Positions 32,486-41,707 of a stretch of DNA of 64,000 bases are shown here, one piece after another. The notes under the pieces were generated by a model. That model had not been told where the DNA came from. It was given only the letters and a program-made list of their open reading frames with translations, and did not search any database. Numbering within the stretch: the first letter of the stretch is position 1; every line of letters starts with the position of its first letter. A program made the position numbers and the translations under genes. This DNA is from Verrucomicrobiota bacterium. Its GTDB lineage: Bacteria > Verrucomicrobiota > Verrucomicrobiia > Limisphaerales > JADLHS01. The stretch spans positions 131,664 to 195,663 of the forward strand of contig JASGKY010000044.1 in assembly GCA_049840435.1 (NCBI GenBank). Direction: 5' to 3'.

Positions 32486-33293
32486 ATTCCGGTGCGCCCA
32501 CCCCGCGAAATTCCCTCAGGTAACGCAGTGCCACGCGGAGGTCTTTGGGCAACGGCGCCGCAATCGTCACCGGTTCATTGGTGGTCGGATGTGGCACGGT
32601 TAATTCCTGTGCGTGTTGGGCGACGCGGGCGAGCAGCGGACGTTCTTCCCGCCCAGGTTTCAAATAAAAGTCTTTTTTCAGCCGCGACAACCACAGCGGT
32701 TTTCCGCCGTAGAGCGTATCGCCGATGAGCGGGAAGCCGGCGTGTTTGAGATGGATGCGAACCTGATGCATCCGGCTGGTGATGGGGCGGCAGGTCAAAG
32801 CGGTGTAACCGGAGAATTTTTCCGCCACATCGAAGAGCGTCTTGGATTTCTTTCCTTCCTTGGGATCAATTCGCATCTGGCCGGGGCGAAACGCATCGGG
32901 TGCAATTTTGGCGATCATTTCAAAATGATCCGAAGAGGGCTCTCCAGCGATTATAGCGAAGTCGGTCTTGGTGGGCTTGTCGGTCCCAAAGGCGTTGGCT
33001 AGGGCTAGGAATGCTGGTTTGTTCTTGGCGAGCAACAGGACGCCGCTGGTCTCAAAATCCAACCGGTGTGCGTTGCTGAGATAAGTGAGGTTGCGCTTGG
33101 TGGCCCAAGGTTTCTGGGCGGCGATGCCGTCGTGCAACAGCCGTATCAAGTTTGGGCGCTCCGCATCGTTACGATCTGGCGAAGTCAGCACCCCGGAAGG
33201 TTTATCGAGGGCGAGCAGATGCTCATCCTCGAACAGGACGGGGATTTCCCAGAATTCCTTCGTGGCCGGGGCCAAGAGTTTGATGACATCCAT
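32484..33293 (-). CDS. RluA-family RNA pseudouridine synthase
   Basis: LDKPSG, HRLDFETSG, MHQVRIHL..G.PLIGD.LYG. Confidence 0.93.
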   Translation of the reverse strand: MDVIKLLAPATKEFWEIPVLFEDEHLLALDKPSGVLTSPDRNDAERPNLIRLLHDGIAAQKPWATKRNLTYLSNAHRLDFETSGVLLLAKNKPAFLALANAFGTDKPTKTDFAIIAGEPSSDHFEMIAKIAPDAFRPGQMRIDPKEGKKSKTLFDVAEKFSGYTALTCRPITSRMHQVRIHLKHAGFPLIGDTLYGGKPLWLSRLKKDFYLKPGREERPLLARVAQHAQELTVPHPTTNEPVTIAAPLPKDLRVALRYLREFRGVGAPE

Positions 33294-33335
33294 AAACCAA
33301 CGGTTGCCCGCCGACCTGATCCGGATGCAGGCGGG

Positions 33336-35010
33336 TTACTGGCCCGCCGTGCCTTGTTGCATCTGCGCCTGTTTTTGTTGGAAATAGGGCAGCGTGCGGA
33401 AGGCTTGCTCGGCTTCGCGCTGAAACCAGGCATTGAAGGCTTCGCTCCGGCGCACTTGATGGACGCTGCGGGTGAACGCGGGCAGGTTTTCGCGTAGCTT
33501 GGTTTCATCAATCGGCAGTTTGGTCCGAACGTAAACCACCGCAGCACCGTCGTTGCTCGGTAACACTTGGCCGACTTGGCCGGGGGTGGTTTCAAACGCT
33601 ACACGTTTGAGATAGGAGAGTTCGAGTTGATACTGTACCTTCCGGTACATTGGTGCTGCTCAAAGAAAACGGCGACAGTGTCACAGGAGTGACTCCAAGC
33701 GGTTTGCACAGATCAGAAAAATTCTTGCCCGCGGCGAGACCGTTGGTGGCAATAGCGTGGAAATCCATGGCCAGCTTCTGGGCTTTCGTGGCTGCTTCGA
33801 TAAAACGATAATCAGACGTTACCTTTTCGCGGATTGATTCAAAGTCCGGCTGCTGGCTGGGCAGACGCTTGTTGAAGGCGACCACATAGACCGTGTGTTC
33901 CCCGACCAGCACATCGTCCAGCGGGTCTTCTGCGGTGAGATTGTAGGCCCGACGGACGAAATCGCCGCCGACATCCAGTGCAGCCGGGGCTTCGTTGCGG
34001 GAGAAGGGCGCGGTGACTTCAGGTTTCAACTGGGCCTGGGTGGCCAGCATGGTGAAGGCTTCCGAGGTCAGCGGGGCCTTGCTGACGGCTTCATACAACT
34101 GATTGTCAAACTTGCGGGCGGTGGCCCCGGCCAATTGTAACGCGGCGCGACTTAGCAACTCTTCGCGGATCTTGGTCCGGGCGGCTTCCGGCGTGGCGCC
34201 AAACTGGGTGAAGTTGGTTCCCAATTCGAGCATGTTGTTTTCCAGCATCTCGTTCAAATTGGTGAATTCCGAGGTGGCTTGGGCGAGATAATTGGAGACG
34301 GGAAACCGCACGAAGCTGAGTTGCAACCGTTCTGGAAGGCGATAGCGCGCCTGCTGGTTGGTGTAAAACTCAGCGATTTTGGCCGGGGTCACTTCGATGG
34401 AAGCCAGATTGTTGGAGGCGTGGAAGAAAGCCACCTGAGCGGCGACTTCCTGATGATCCCGCCGATACAACGCCTCGATTTCCTGCGGTGGAACCAATTG
34501 GCCGCTCACGCCAATCGTGGAGATGAGCTGCTGGATGGCGATATCGTTCCGAACAAAACGTTCGAAGTCACCCAAGGTCAGGTGTTCGCGCGCCAGAATT
34601 TGTTTTTCAAACTCCGCCAAGGGTACCGGGTTGCCGCGGTTGATCATGCGCAACCGCTCACTGGCGGCTCGGGCGGCTACGTCGTCGCTGATATGGATAC
34701 CCATTTCCGCGGCTTTCTGCATGATCAGAAGGCGATTGTAGGTTTCCCGTTCGATGTCGAAGTTGGGGATGGTGCGACCGCTGCCCGGGAACCGCGCCAG
34801 CGGCAAAGAAGTGATAGATTTGCACTTCGCGGCGTGCCTCATCATACAGGGAGGGGGTGATGACTTGACCATTCATCGTGCCATAATTGCTGGCTACCCG
34901 GCTGCCATCCATCTTTGATGTGCTAAAACCCACCAGACGAAGGTGATGATAACCGCCACGATGATGACCCACCACATGGTTTGCGAATGCTTCCGAATCG
35001 TTCCAATCAT
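33336..35010 (-). CDS. PpiD-like periplasmic chaperone (SurA N-terminal domain), frameshifted
   Basis: Start MIGTIRKHSQTMWWVIIVAVIITFVW; YGTMNGQVIT; LLIMQKAAEMGIHISDD; split over ORFs 33592-34872 and 33336-33650. Confidence 0.78.
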
Positions 35011-35143
35011 AAAAAATTTGGCTTAAACAAGGGCGCAAACGCTAACCGGCTTTGCCTGACCCGGTCAAACGCAAAAAACGGTCGTGTGCGTCGACTGCCA
35101 GCTTCGGATTGACTTCCCGGCGCGGCTGCCAAATCTTCGCCCG

Positions 35144-35632
35144 GTGTCAGAATTGCTTTGGTTTGTGGCGCATACCAAGCCACGACGGGAAAAGAAACTT
35201 TTAGAGTTTTGCGAGCGGCAAGCCATCGCCGTAACCCTTCCGTGCTACGCGTCTTCACACAAATACCGCGGCAAATCCGTTGTGTTCCAGAAGCCGTTGT
35301 TTCCGGGCTACCTCTTTTTGCAGCTTCGTCTAGGGGAGATTGCCACCGTCCGCCAGAATGATCACGTTGCCAACCTGCTCGAAGTATTCGATCAAGCTAC
35401 CTTTGCCCGGCAGCTCTTCGAAATTCTTCGCGCGCTCGAGTCCGGGTTGGAAGTTCGGCTGGCTCCGACCATCGAATCCGGAACGCAAGTACGCATCCGA
35501 TCCGGTCCATTGCAAGGCGTTGAAGGCTTGGTCGAGTATCGTCAGGGCCACACCACTGTCATTCTCCGGCTTGATTTCATCAATCAGGCGGCAGCTGTCC
35601 GCATGTCAGTGGAGGAACTCGAAGTCATTTGA
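35144..35632 (+). CDS. NusG-paralog transcription antiterminator (RfaH/UpxY/LoaP-like)
   Basis: WFVAHTKPRREKK, PLFPGYLF (NGN domain); GTQVRIRSGPLQGVEG (KOW). GTG start at 35144. Confidence 0.9.
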   Translation: MSELLWFVAHTKPRREKKLLEFCERQAIAVTLPCYASSHKYRGKSVVFQKPLFPGYLFLQLRLGEIATVRQNDHVANLLEVFDQATFARQLFEILRALESGLEVRLAPTIESGTQVRIRSGPLQGVEGLVEYRQGHTTVILRLDFINQAAAVRMSVEELEVI

Positions 35633-35714
35633 GTAAGGCAGGAATTTTTTTGACGTTTTTTTTCACGCCCGCTTGAAGTTTTTGGCGCGGCAGGCTTTAA
35701 CTTCAGAATTTCGC

Positions 35715-35743
35715 TTGGCAATTCGCGCGCCGGGAATTACAAC
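35715..35743 (+). promoter_or_regulatory. Putative sigma70 promoter for the riboswitch leader
   Basis: TTGGCA-17 nt-TACAAC about 45 nt upstream of the riboswitch P1. Confidence 0.45.
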
Positions 35744-35786
35744 CGTGGCGCTCTTTGAAAGATACGGGCCGCAAGCCCGTCAGTGT

Positions 35787-35991
35787 TGTCATCAAATGCA
35801 GGGAACGCCGTGAGATTCGGCGACGGTTGCGCCACTGTATCGGATTACGAACTCCCAGAAGCCACTGCGGGTCACGCAAGTGCGGGCCGCGGGAAGGCGG
35901 GAGTGAGGTTTGAAGTCCGGAGTCAGGATATCGGTTTGATGGCACTCGTCCGCTCGCTCCAATTGGAGCGGGCACTTCTCCGCAAAGAGAA
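35787..35991 (+). ncRNA. Cobalamin (B12) riboswitch
   Basis: AGGGAA..GTGAGATTC..CGGTTGCGCCACTGTA; AGCCACTG..GGGAAGGC; B12 box GAGTCAGGA; closing stem TGTCATCAAA (35787-96)/TTTGATGGCA (35935-44); L5 TTGCG complementary to CGCAA in hairpin TTCTC-CGCAAA-GAGAA (35976-91); BtuF-like gene downstream. Confidence 0.93.
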
Positions 35992-36034
35992 GGATGAGGC
36001 CAGCCCATCACGCTGTTTGTGGTGGGACTCGTTT

Positions 36035-36078
36035 ATGCCTTCATTTTCGTTTTGCGGAAGATGAAGGCGTTTTTGTTT
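36035..36078 (+). terminator. Riboswitch expression-platform intrinsic terminator
   Basis: ATGCCTTCATTTTCG-loop-CGGAAGATGAAGGCGT followed by TTTTGTTT, between the aptamer and the first CDS. Confidence 0.8.
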
Positions 36079-36227
36079 AAAGCCGAGGTGACAAGGTCGA
36101 GGGCCGTAAGGGCTCGACTTCGCACTTTGCCCCTCACATTTCGTCGTTTTTCTTCCGCGCTGGTCTCTCTGAAACCAAAACCCATTCCGGCCGCCATCCG
36201 CGTCCGGAACTCAGCAGAAAGATCAGT

Positions 36228-36911
36228 ATGAAAAAGCTCCGTTCGTTTCGTTCGTTATCGCTGGCCGTCGCCAGCGGGTTCGTCATTTTCTCCGCCTCCG
36301 CCGCCACGTTTGATGACGTGCAATACTGGGTCGGCTCCGGTGCCAACAAAGCGGCCTTCGTCATTGATTGGAATGATGGCAAATCCGCCGAATCGCTCCT
36401 GTGGGGCTATCGTTGGGATGGAGCCGCGACTGGGTTGGATATGTTCCAAGCTGTGGTTAATGCTGATTCACGCCTGTATGCACATGTCGGCAGTTACGCG
36501 TGGGGCACAGCGATTCTTGGCATCGGCTTCGACCTGAACGGCAACGGTAACTTTGGTGTGACGCCAGCACTGAGTTTCAACAGCGGCGGATTGTTCAGTT
36601 CCACCAGTCCGAACGATGCGCGTGTCTCGGTGGAAGCCGGCGATCACTATGTTGAAGGCTGGAACACTGGCTACTGGGAATATTTCAACAAATCTAGCGC
36701 TGTGGACGCTTGGGCTTCGGCAAGCGGGGGTATCACTGACCGAGTGCTTACCGATGGCGCATGGGACGGATTGAACTTCAACCTCGGGTTCGCTTGGCCT
36801 GGGGCTACCCCCAGCGAACCGATCGCAGTCACAGCTGTGCCTGAACCCAGCGCGCTCGCGCTGATTTCCCTTTCCGCACTTGTGCTGACATGCGCCCGTC
36901 GCAAACCATAA
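36228..36911 (+). CDS. PEP-CTERM surface protein, putative cobalamin-binding
   Basis: Signal peptide; C-terminal [24 protein letters not shown]; first gene under the B12 riboswitch; YW.Y...G....L.DG segment recalls DUF4430/transcobalamin-like domains (from memory). Confidence 0.85.
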   Translation: MKKLRSFRSLSLAVASGFVIFSASAATFDDVQYWVGSGANKAAFVIDWNDGKSAESLLWGYRWDGAATGLDMFQAVVNADSRLYAHVGSYAWGTAILGIGFDLNGNGNFGVTPALSFNSGGLFSSTSPNDARVSVEAGDHYVEGWNTGYWEYFNKSSAVDAWASASGGITDRVLTDGAWDGLNFNLGFAWPGATPSEPIAVTAVPEPSALALISLSALVLTCARRKP

Positions 36912-38368
36912 TTTGCGCCCTGGGACTGGTCGGCGTGCTTAACGCGTCGGCCAGTCCGTTCGCCACGGAAGTCGTGCGTGCGTCCGGCACGTTCGGTCCG
37001 GTCCCGTACCATGATCCCAACTCGGTGCTTCGGGCGCCGGCAACGTCGTTCCGCGATTTCTTCGGCGTCACTGCCCGCGTGAAGTTGGTGGAAGCGGCCT
37101 ACTACTTGGCGTCGACCAATACGGGGTTGCTCACGACCAATCTCATTCTCACGGTGGGAGCGGGGGATGAAATCATTGTGCGCTTTGATTCGCCGATTCA
37201 GGATGATCCGGCCCATCCATATGGCGTGGACTTGCTCGTGTTTGGTAATGCCTTCTTCACCCCAAACCAGTTCGTCAACGACAACACCGACATGGGAGCG
37301 TGTGTTCTCAACGGCCCAATTTTCTCCGAGCCGTTGAAAGTTTCCGTCAGCCCCGGATTCACCGGTCAGCTCGGCGAAATCGCCAATGATCCCGACACGT
37401 GGCCATGGTATCGCTACGACAACGGTCCGTTTGCGGACAGCGCATTTCCCACGCAAGCTTATCAATGGAATCGTGCGACGACGAATTGGTCGAGTCAGCT
37501 CATGGATTTCACCAAGCCGGTGAATCCTGCCCTGCAATCCCTCTTTACCGCTGGCGGCCTCACGGCGGCGGACGGTATTGATTTGTACGCTGGCGCGGGC
37601 GGTGGCACGGGATTCGATCTGCGCGAATCCGGCTTTGCGTGGATTCAATACGTCAAAGTTGAAGGCGTTGATCCGGATTTCAGCGATGGCGAGGTGGATG
37701 CTTTCGCTGCCGTGCGTTCGATGCACATCGGTGACACGCTATCCATCGCGCCGGAAAACCTTGCGCGCAACACCGCCGTCTTGTTTTTCCAGAACCCTAG
37801 TGCGGAAACTGAAACCACCGTTTCGCTCGCATTCGCTGCGGTCAGTGGCCTAGCGCAAGTTTTCACCGCGCCGCTGACGAACTGGAGCAGCTTCGCCGCA
37901 TTGCCGGGGACGGTGCGTACGGCGGTGCAATTGAATTTCACCCCGCTGCTCGGCACCACGCCAGTTACGTTTACCGCTGACCTTGCGTTGTCCGCAGGCA
38001 CAAATTATTTCGGCAATGGGAGCGACCTGCTGGTACTCCAATCCAGCGGCACGAACTGGACCGCGCGGCCGTTCACTTATCACAGCACTAATCAACAGGT
38101 GCGGGTCGCGGGACTCACCAATTTTTCTGCGTTCGTGGTTGCGCAGTTTACTGCCCCAACTTTGCAACTGGCGGCCAACGGGGCAGATTACAACATCCGC
38201 TTTACGCCGGTGGCGAGTCTGACGCACACGCTGGAACGTTCCACCAACCTGATGCATTGGTCGGCGCTGGGTTCCTTTATTGCGAGTAACGCGTTGCCCG
38301 TCGTTCTCACGGATGACGCCGCGCCGACTACCAAAGCTTTTTACCGTGTAAGGCTTGATCAACCATGA
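36890..38368 (+). CDS. Secreted protein with BtuH-like domain and C-terminal 'STNLxxW..FYR' domain
   Basis: Signal peptide; LTVG...IIVRFD.PI.D...DLLVFGNAF...SEP..VSVS...GFDL...YVKV resembles Bacteroidetes B12-locus surface proteins (from memory); tail [10 protein letters not shown]...AFYRVR. Confidence 0.7.
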   Translation: MRPSQTIICALGLVGVLNASASPFATEVVRASGTFGPVPYHDPNSVLRAPATSFRDFFGVTARVKLVEAAYYLASTNTGLLTTNLILTVGAGDEIIVRFDSPIQDDPAHPYGVDLLVFGNAFFTPNQFVNDNTDMGACVLNGPIFSEPLKVSVSPGFTGQLGEIANDPDTWPWYRYDNGPFADSAFPTQAYQWNRATTNWSSQLMDFTKPVNPALQSLFTAGGLTAADGIDLYAGAGGGTGFDLRESGFAWIQYVKVEGVDPDFSDGEVDAFAAVRSMHIGDTLSIAPENLARNTAVLFFQNPSAETETTVSLAFAAVSGLAQVFTAPLTNWSSFAALPGTVRTAVQLNFTPLLGTTPVTFTADLALSAGTNYFGNGSDLLVLQSSGTNWTARPFTYHSTNQQVRVAGLTNFSAFVVAQFTAPTLQLAANGADYNIRFTPVASLTHTLERSTNLMHWSALGSFIASNALPVVLTDDAAPTTKAFYRVRLDQP

Positions 38369-39192
38369 CGATGTCTGTCGCGAGTCGAAGGACAAACGTC
38401 GAGGGCCAGCCAGCCCTCGTCCCGCGCGCTTTTGGCCCTCGATCGTCGACCTTCGGCCATCGACTCGGTGCCTTCACGCTCATCGAGCTGCTTGTCGTCA
38501 TTGCCATCATCGCGATGCTGGCGGCGCTGTTGCTCCCGGCACTGGCCCGTGCCAAGGCCAAAGCCAAACACACTCAGTGCCTCAGCAACCTTCACCAGAT
38601 GGGCCTCGCTGCGCAGATGTATGTTGGCGATCATGATGGTTTGTTTCCTGTCGCCTATTATGCTGCGATGGAGAATGGCCTAATGGTTTCTTACGCGTGG
38701 GATTTGACCACCATTGAAAGCAGTCCGAAACAGGTCGTGCCCGGTGTGCTCTGGCAGGGGCAAACGGCGATGGCCATTCATCAATGTCCGGCATTTACCG
38801 GCGGAGCGAATTGGGCCAGCGACCCGTTCACGGGCTACAACTACAACACCAGCTTCCTTGGCCACGGCCAGTTTGAGAACATTCCCGAGCCCGCCAAAAT
38901 TGCCGCTGTGAAAAATCCCGCGGCCACCGCGCTTTTCGGTGATGGTGGTTACTCCGCTGGTGCGAATAAATTCATGCGCGCGCCATGGCCAAATCCCGGC
39001 GATCAAACCTTCAGCGGCCGCTGGGCGGGCACCCAGGCGTTCCGGCACCAAAAGCGCACCAGTGTTGCTTGGGTGGATGGTCACGTTGAATCGTGGCGAC
39101 ACCGCTTCGCTGACAACAAAAATGGCGCAGCGAACGTCGCGCCCGATACCGGGTTTCTCTCGGCCGATAATTCGCTCTATGATCTCGAGTGA
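38365..39192 (+). CDS. Prepilin-type N-terminal cleavage/methylation protein (DUF1559-like, H-X9-DG motif)
   Basis: [59 protein letters not shown]. Confidence 0.92.
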   Translation: MTMSVASRRTNVEGQPALVPRAFGPRSSTFGHRLGAFTLIELLVVIAIIAMLAALLLPALARAKAKAKHTQCLSNLHQMGLAAQMYVGDHDGLFPVAYYAAMENGLMVSYAWDLTTIESSPKQVVPGVLWQGQTAMAIHQCPAFTGGANWASDPFTGYNYNTSFLGHGQFENIPEPAKIAAVKNPAATALFGDGGYSAGANKFMRAPWPNPGDQTFSGRWAGTQAFRHQKRTSVAWVDGHVESWRHRFADNKNGAANVAPDTGFLSADNSLYDLE

Positions 39193-39568
39193 TTCCAGCA
39201 TAGATGCGGCGCAGTGTCCGCTGTGTGGCCGGGCTAACGAGTGTCAGCTCTGCTCCGTGGCGGCTTACAAAGGTCCGTGCTGGTGCATGAAAGTGACAAT
39301 TCCCGAGGCCTTGCTGGCGCGCCTGCCGGCAGAACTGCGGAACAAGTCGTGTATTTGTCGTGCGTGTGTCATGGAATTTCATCGCGCCAAGGAAGGTGAA
39401 GTCGCCGGGTCAAAGATCCGGCCCGGCGACTTTTATTTCGACAACGGCCTGATGGTTTTTACCGCGGAATATCATCGGCGGCGCGGCTACTGTTGCGGCA
39501 ACAACTGCCGCCATTGCCCCTATCAGCCCGACCCGATGAAACTCACGTTTGCTCCGACCGCTGCATGA
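39179..39568 (+). CDS. Cysteine-rich CWC domain fused to a DUF5522-like domain
   Basis: [11 protein letters not shown]....GPCWC...SCICRAC followed by [35 protein letters not shown] at 39179 overlaps the pilin-like gene end. Confidence 0.82.
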   Translation: MISSDSSIDAAQCPLCGRANECQLCSVAAYKGPCWCMKVTIPEALLARLPAELRNKSCICRACVMEFHRAKEGEVAGSKIRPGDFYFDNGLMVFTAEYHRRRGYCCGNNCRHCPYQPDPMKLTFAPTAA

Positions 39569-40347
39569 TGAGTTCAACCCCGCAACGCATCGTCTGTCTC
39601 TCGGCCGAGGCGGCGGATTGGCTCTGGCGACTGGGAGCGTGGGACGCGGTGGTGGGTGTAACCGCCTACTTTGAACCACCGCCCAGCGCGGCGTCCAAAC
39701 CGCGCGTCAGTGGTTTCAGTTCCGCGAGCCTGACGCCTATCTTACAATTTTCGCCCGACCTCGTCGTCACGTTCTCCGATGTGCAAGCCGGGATTGCTGG
39801 CGCGCTGGTAAATCACGGTGTTCCCGTGCTGGCGACCAACCAACGCACCCTTGCCGAAGTCGAAGCCACGCTAGCGTTGCTGGCGCGCGTGGTGGGGTGT
39901 GAAACTGTCGGAGAAAGACTTCGGGGCGAATTTCGGGAGAAGCTATCACCCGTTGTCGTTGCTGCCCGACCGCGGGTATATTTTGAAGAGTGGGATAATC
40001 CACTAATCACGGGCATCGCGTGGGTGAGTGAGTTGATCGAGCGGGCTGGTGGTATGGATGTCTTTGCAAAACTACGGCATCAACGCGCTGCGCCCAGCCG
40101 GGTCATTTCTCCTGAGCAAGTGCGCGTCGCTAATCCTGAAATAATCTTGGCCTCTTGGTGCGGCAAGCCCGTGAACAAGACCGTATTTCAATCACGCCCC
40201 GGTTGGATGGAAATCTCCGCCGTGCGGAACGATCGTATTTATGAAATTCCCAGCGCAGACATTTTGCAGCCGGGATTTCGGCTTATTCAGGGCTACGAAG
40301 CCATGAAGCAATTCATCAAAGCGTTTACGCCCCAACCTGCCGCTTGA
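39565..40347 (+). CDS. BtuF-like cobalamin-binding protein (no signal peptide evident)
   Basis: PQRIVCLSAE..LGAWDAVVGV, PDLVVTFSDVQ, RPRVYFEEW, PEIILASWCGK, AVRNDRIYEI..DILQPG; translationally coupled. Confidence 0.87.
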   Translation: MMSSTPQRIVCLSAEAADWLWRLGAWDAVVGVTAYFEPPPSAASKPRVSGFSSASLTPILQFSPDLVVTFSDVQAGIAGALVNHGVPVLATNQRTLAEVEATLALLARVVGCETVGERLRGEFREKLSPVVVAARPRVYFEEWDNPLITGIAWVSELIERAGGMDVFAKLRHQRAAPSRVISPEQVRVANPEIILASWCGKPVNKTVFQSRPGWMEISAVRNDRIYEIPSADILQPGFRLIQGYEAMKQFIKAFTPQPAA

Positions 40348-41707
40348 TCGCGTCGCAGATGTCTTTGCTCCATTTTTCCAGCACGGCTTGTTGCGGGCCT
40401 TCGATGAGGAGACGCGCTTTTGGCTCGGTACCGGAATAGCGCAGCAGCACGCGGCCCCCGGCGGGTTTTACATCAGCTTCCGCTTTTTCCACGAGGCCGA
40501 GGATGCCATCGAGTTTCTCGAACGGAGTTTTTTCGCGCACTTTGACGTTAGTGACGAGCTGTGGGAAGCGCGTCCAGCACTTGGCAAGTTTGCTCAGCGG
40601 TTTACCGCTAGATTTCATGATGCGCAGCATCTGCAACGCGGCCACGAGGCCGTCGCCGGTCGTGCCGTAGTCGCGGAAGATCAAATGCCCGCTTTGTTCG
40701 CCGCCAAAGTTGAAACCACCGCGCAGCATTTCATCAATAACCAGTTTGTCGCCTACGCCGGTGCGGATCACCTTGCCACCGGCTGCGTTGATGGCGGCAT
40801 CGAGCCCGGCGTTGCTCATCACGGTGGAGACGAGCGTCTTTTCGGCAAGCGTGCCTTGCGCGAGCATGTCGAGCGTGGCGATGGCCATGATGTCGTCGCC
40901 GTCAATCAGTTCGCCTCGTTCGTCGCACATGATGACCCGATCGGCGTCCCCGTCGTGAGCGATGCCGACATCGGCGCGGAATTCCCTCACGAGTTGGCAA
41001 AGGCGTTGCGGATGCATCGAACCGCAATCTTGGTTGATGTTTTTACCGTTGGGCGTGTCGCCAAACACCATGACCTCAGCGCCAAGTTCGCGCAGGACGC
41101 AAGGGGTGGCCTTGTAGGCCGCCCCGTTCGCGCAATCCACCACGATGCGCATTCCTTCGAGCGTCATGCCGCGCGGGAAACCGGCTTTGGCAAATTCAAT
41201 GTAGCGTCCGAGCGCATCCGCAATACGCACGGCCCGGCCGATTTCTTCGGCAGTGGGGCGGATGTTCTCAATCTCACCGCTGAACACGAGGTTCTCAATG
41301 CTGGCTTCGATCTTGTCATCAAGCTTGTAGCCGTCCGCGCGGAAGAACTTGATGCCGTTGTCGGCGTACGGATTGTGGGACGCAGTGATGACAATCCCCG
41401 CGTCCGCCCGCAAGCTCCGTGTCACATACGCGACGCCCGGTGTCGGCAGCGGTCCGACGAACAACACGTCCACACCCATCGAGAGGATGCCGGAGGAGAT
41501 GGCGTTCTCGAGCATGTAGCCGGAAAGCCGCGTGTCTTTGCCGATGACGATCTTGTGGCGACCGTGACCGCGCGCTTCGGATTCAAGGTTTTTGAAGACG
41601 TGGGCGGCGGCGCGGCCAAGTTTCAGGGCCGTTTCGGCGGTGACGGGTTCGACGTTGGCGGTGCCACGGACACCGTCCGTGCCGAAGATTTTCTTGGGTT
41701 TGCTCAT
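40325..41707 (-). CDS. glmM: Phosphoglucosamine mutase
   Basis: FGTDGVRG, GKDTRLSGYM, TASHNP, DGDADR, GGEQSGH, RYSGTEP. Confidence 0.97.
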   Translation of the reverse strand: MSKPKKIFGTDGVRGTANVEPVTAETALKLGRAAAHVFKNLESEARGHGRHKIVIGKDTRLSGYMLENAISSGILSMGVDVLFVGPLPTPGVAYVTRSLRADAGIVITASHNPYADNGIKFFRADGYKLDDKIEASIENLVFSGEIENIRPTAEEIGRAVRIADALGRYIEFAKAGFPRGMTLEGMRIVVDCANGAAYKATPCVLRELGAEVMVFGDTPNGKNINQDCGSMHPQRLCQLVREFRADVGIAHDGDADRVIMCDERGELIDGDDIMAIATLDMLAQGTLAEKTLVSTVMSNAGLDAAINAAGGKVIRTGVGDKLVIDEMLRGGFNFGGEQSGHLIFRDYGTTGDGLVAALQMLRIMKSSGKPLSKLAKCWTRFPQLVTNVKVREKTPFEKLDGILGLVEKAEADVKPAGGRVLLRYSGTEPKARLLIEGPQQAVLEKWSKDICDAIKRQVGA

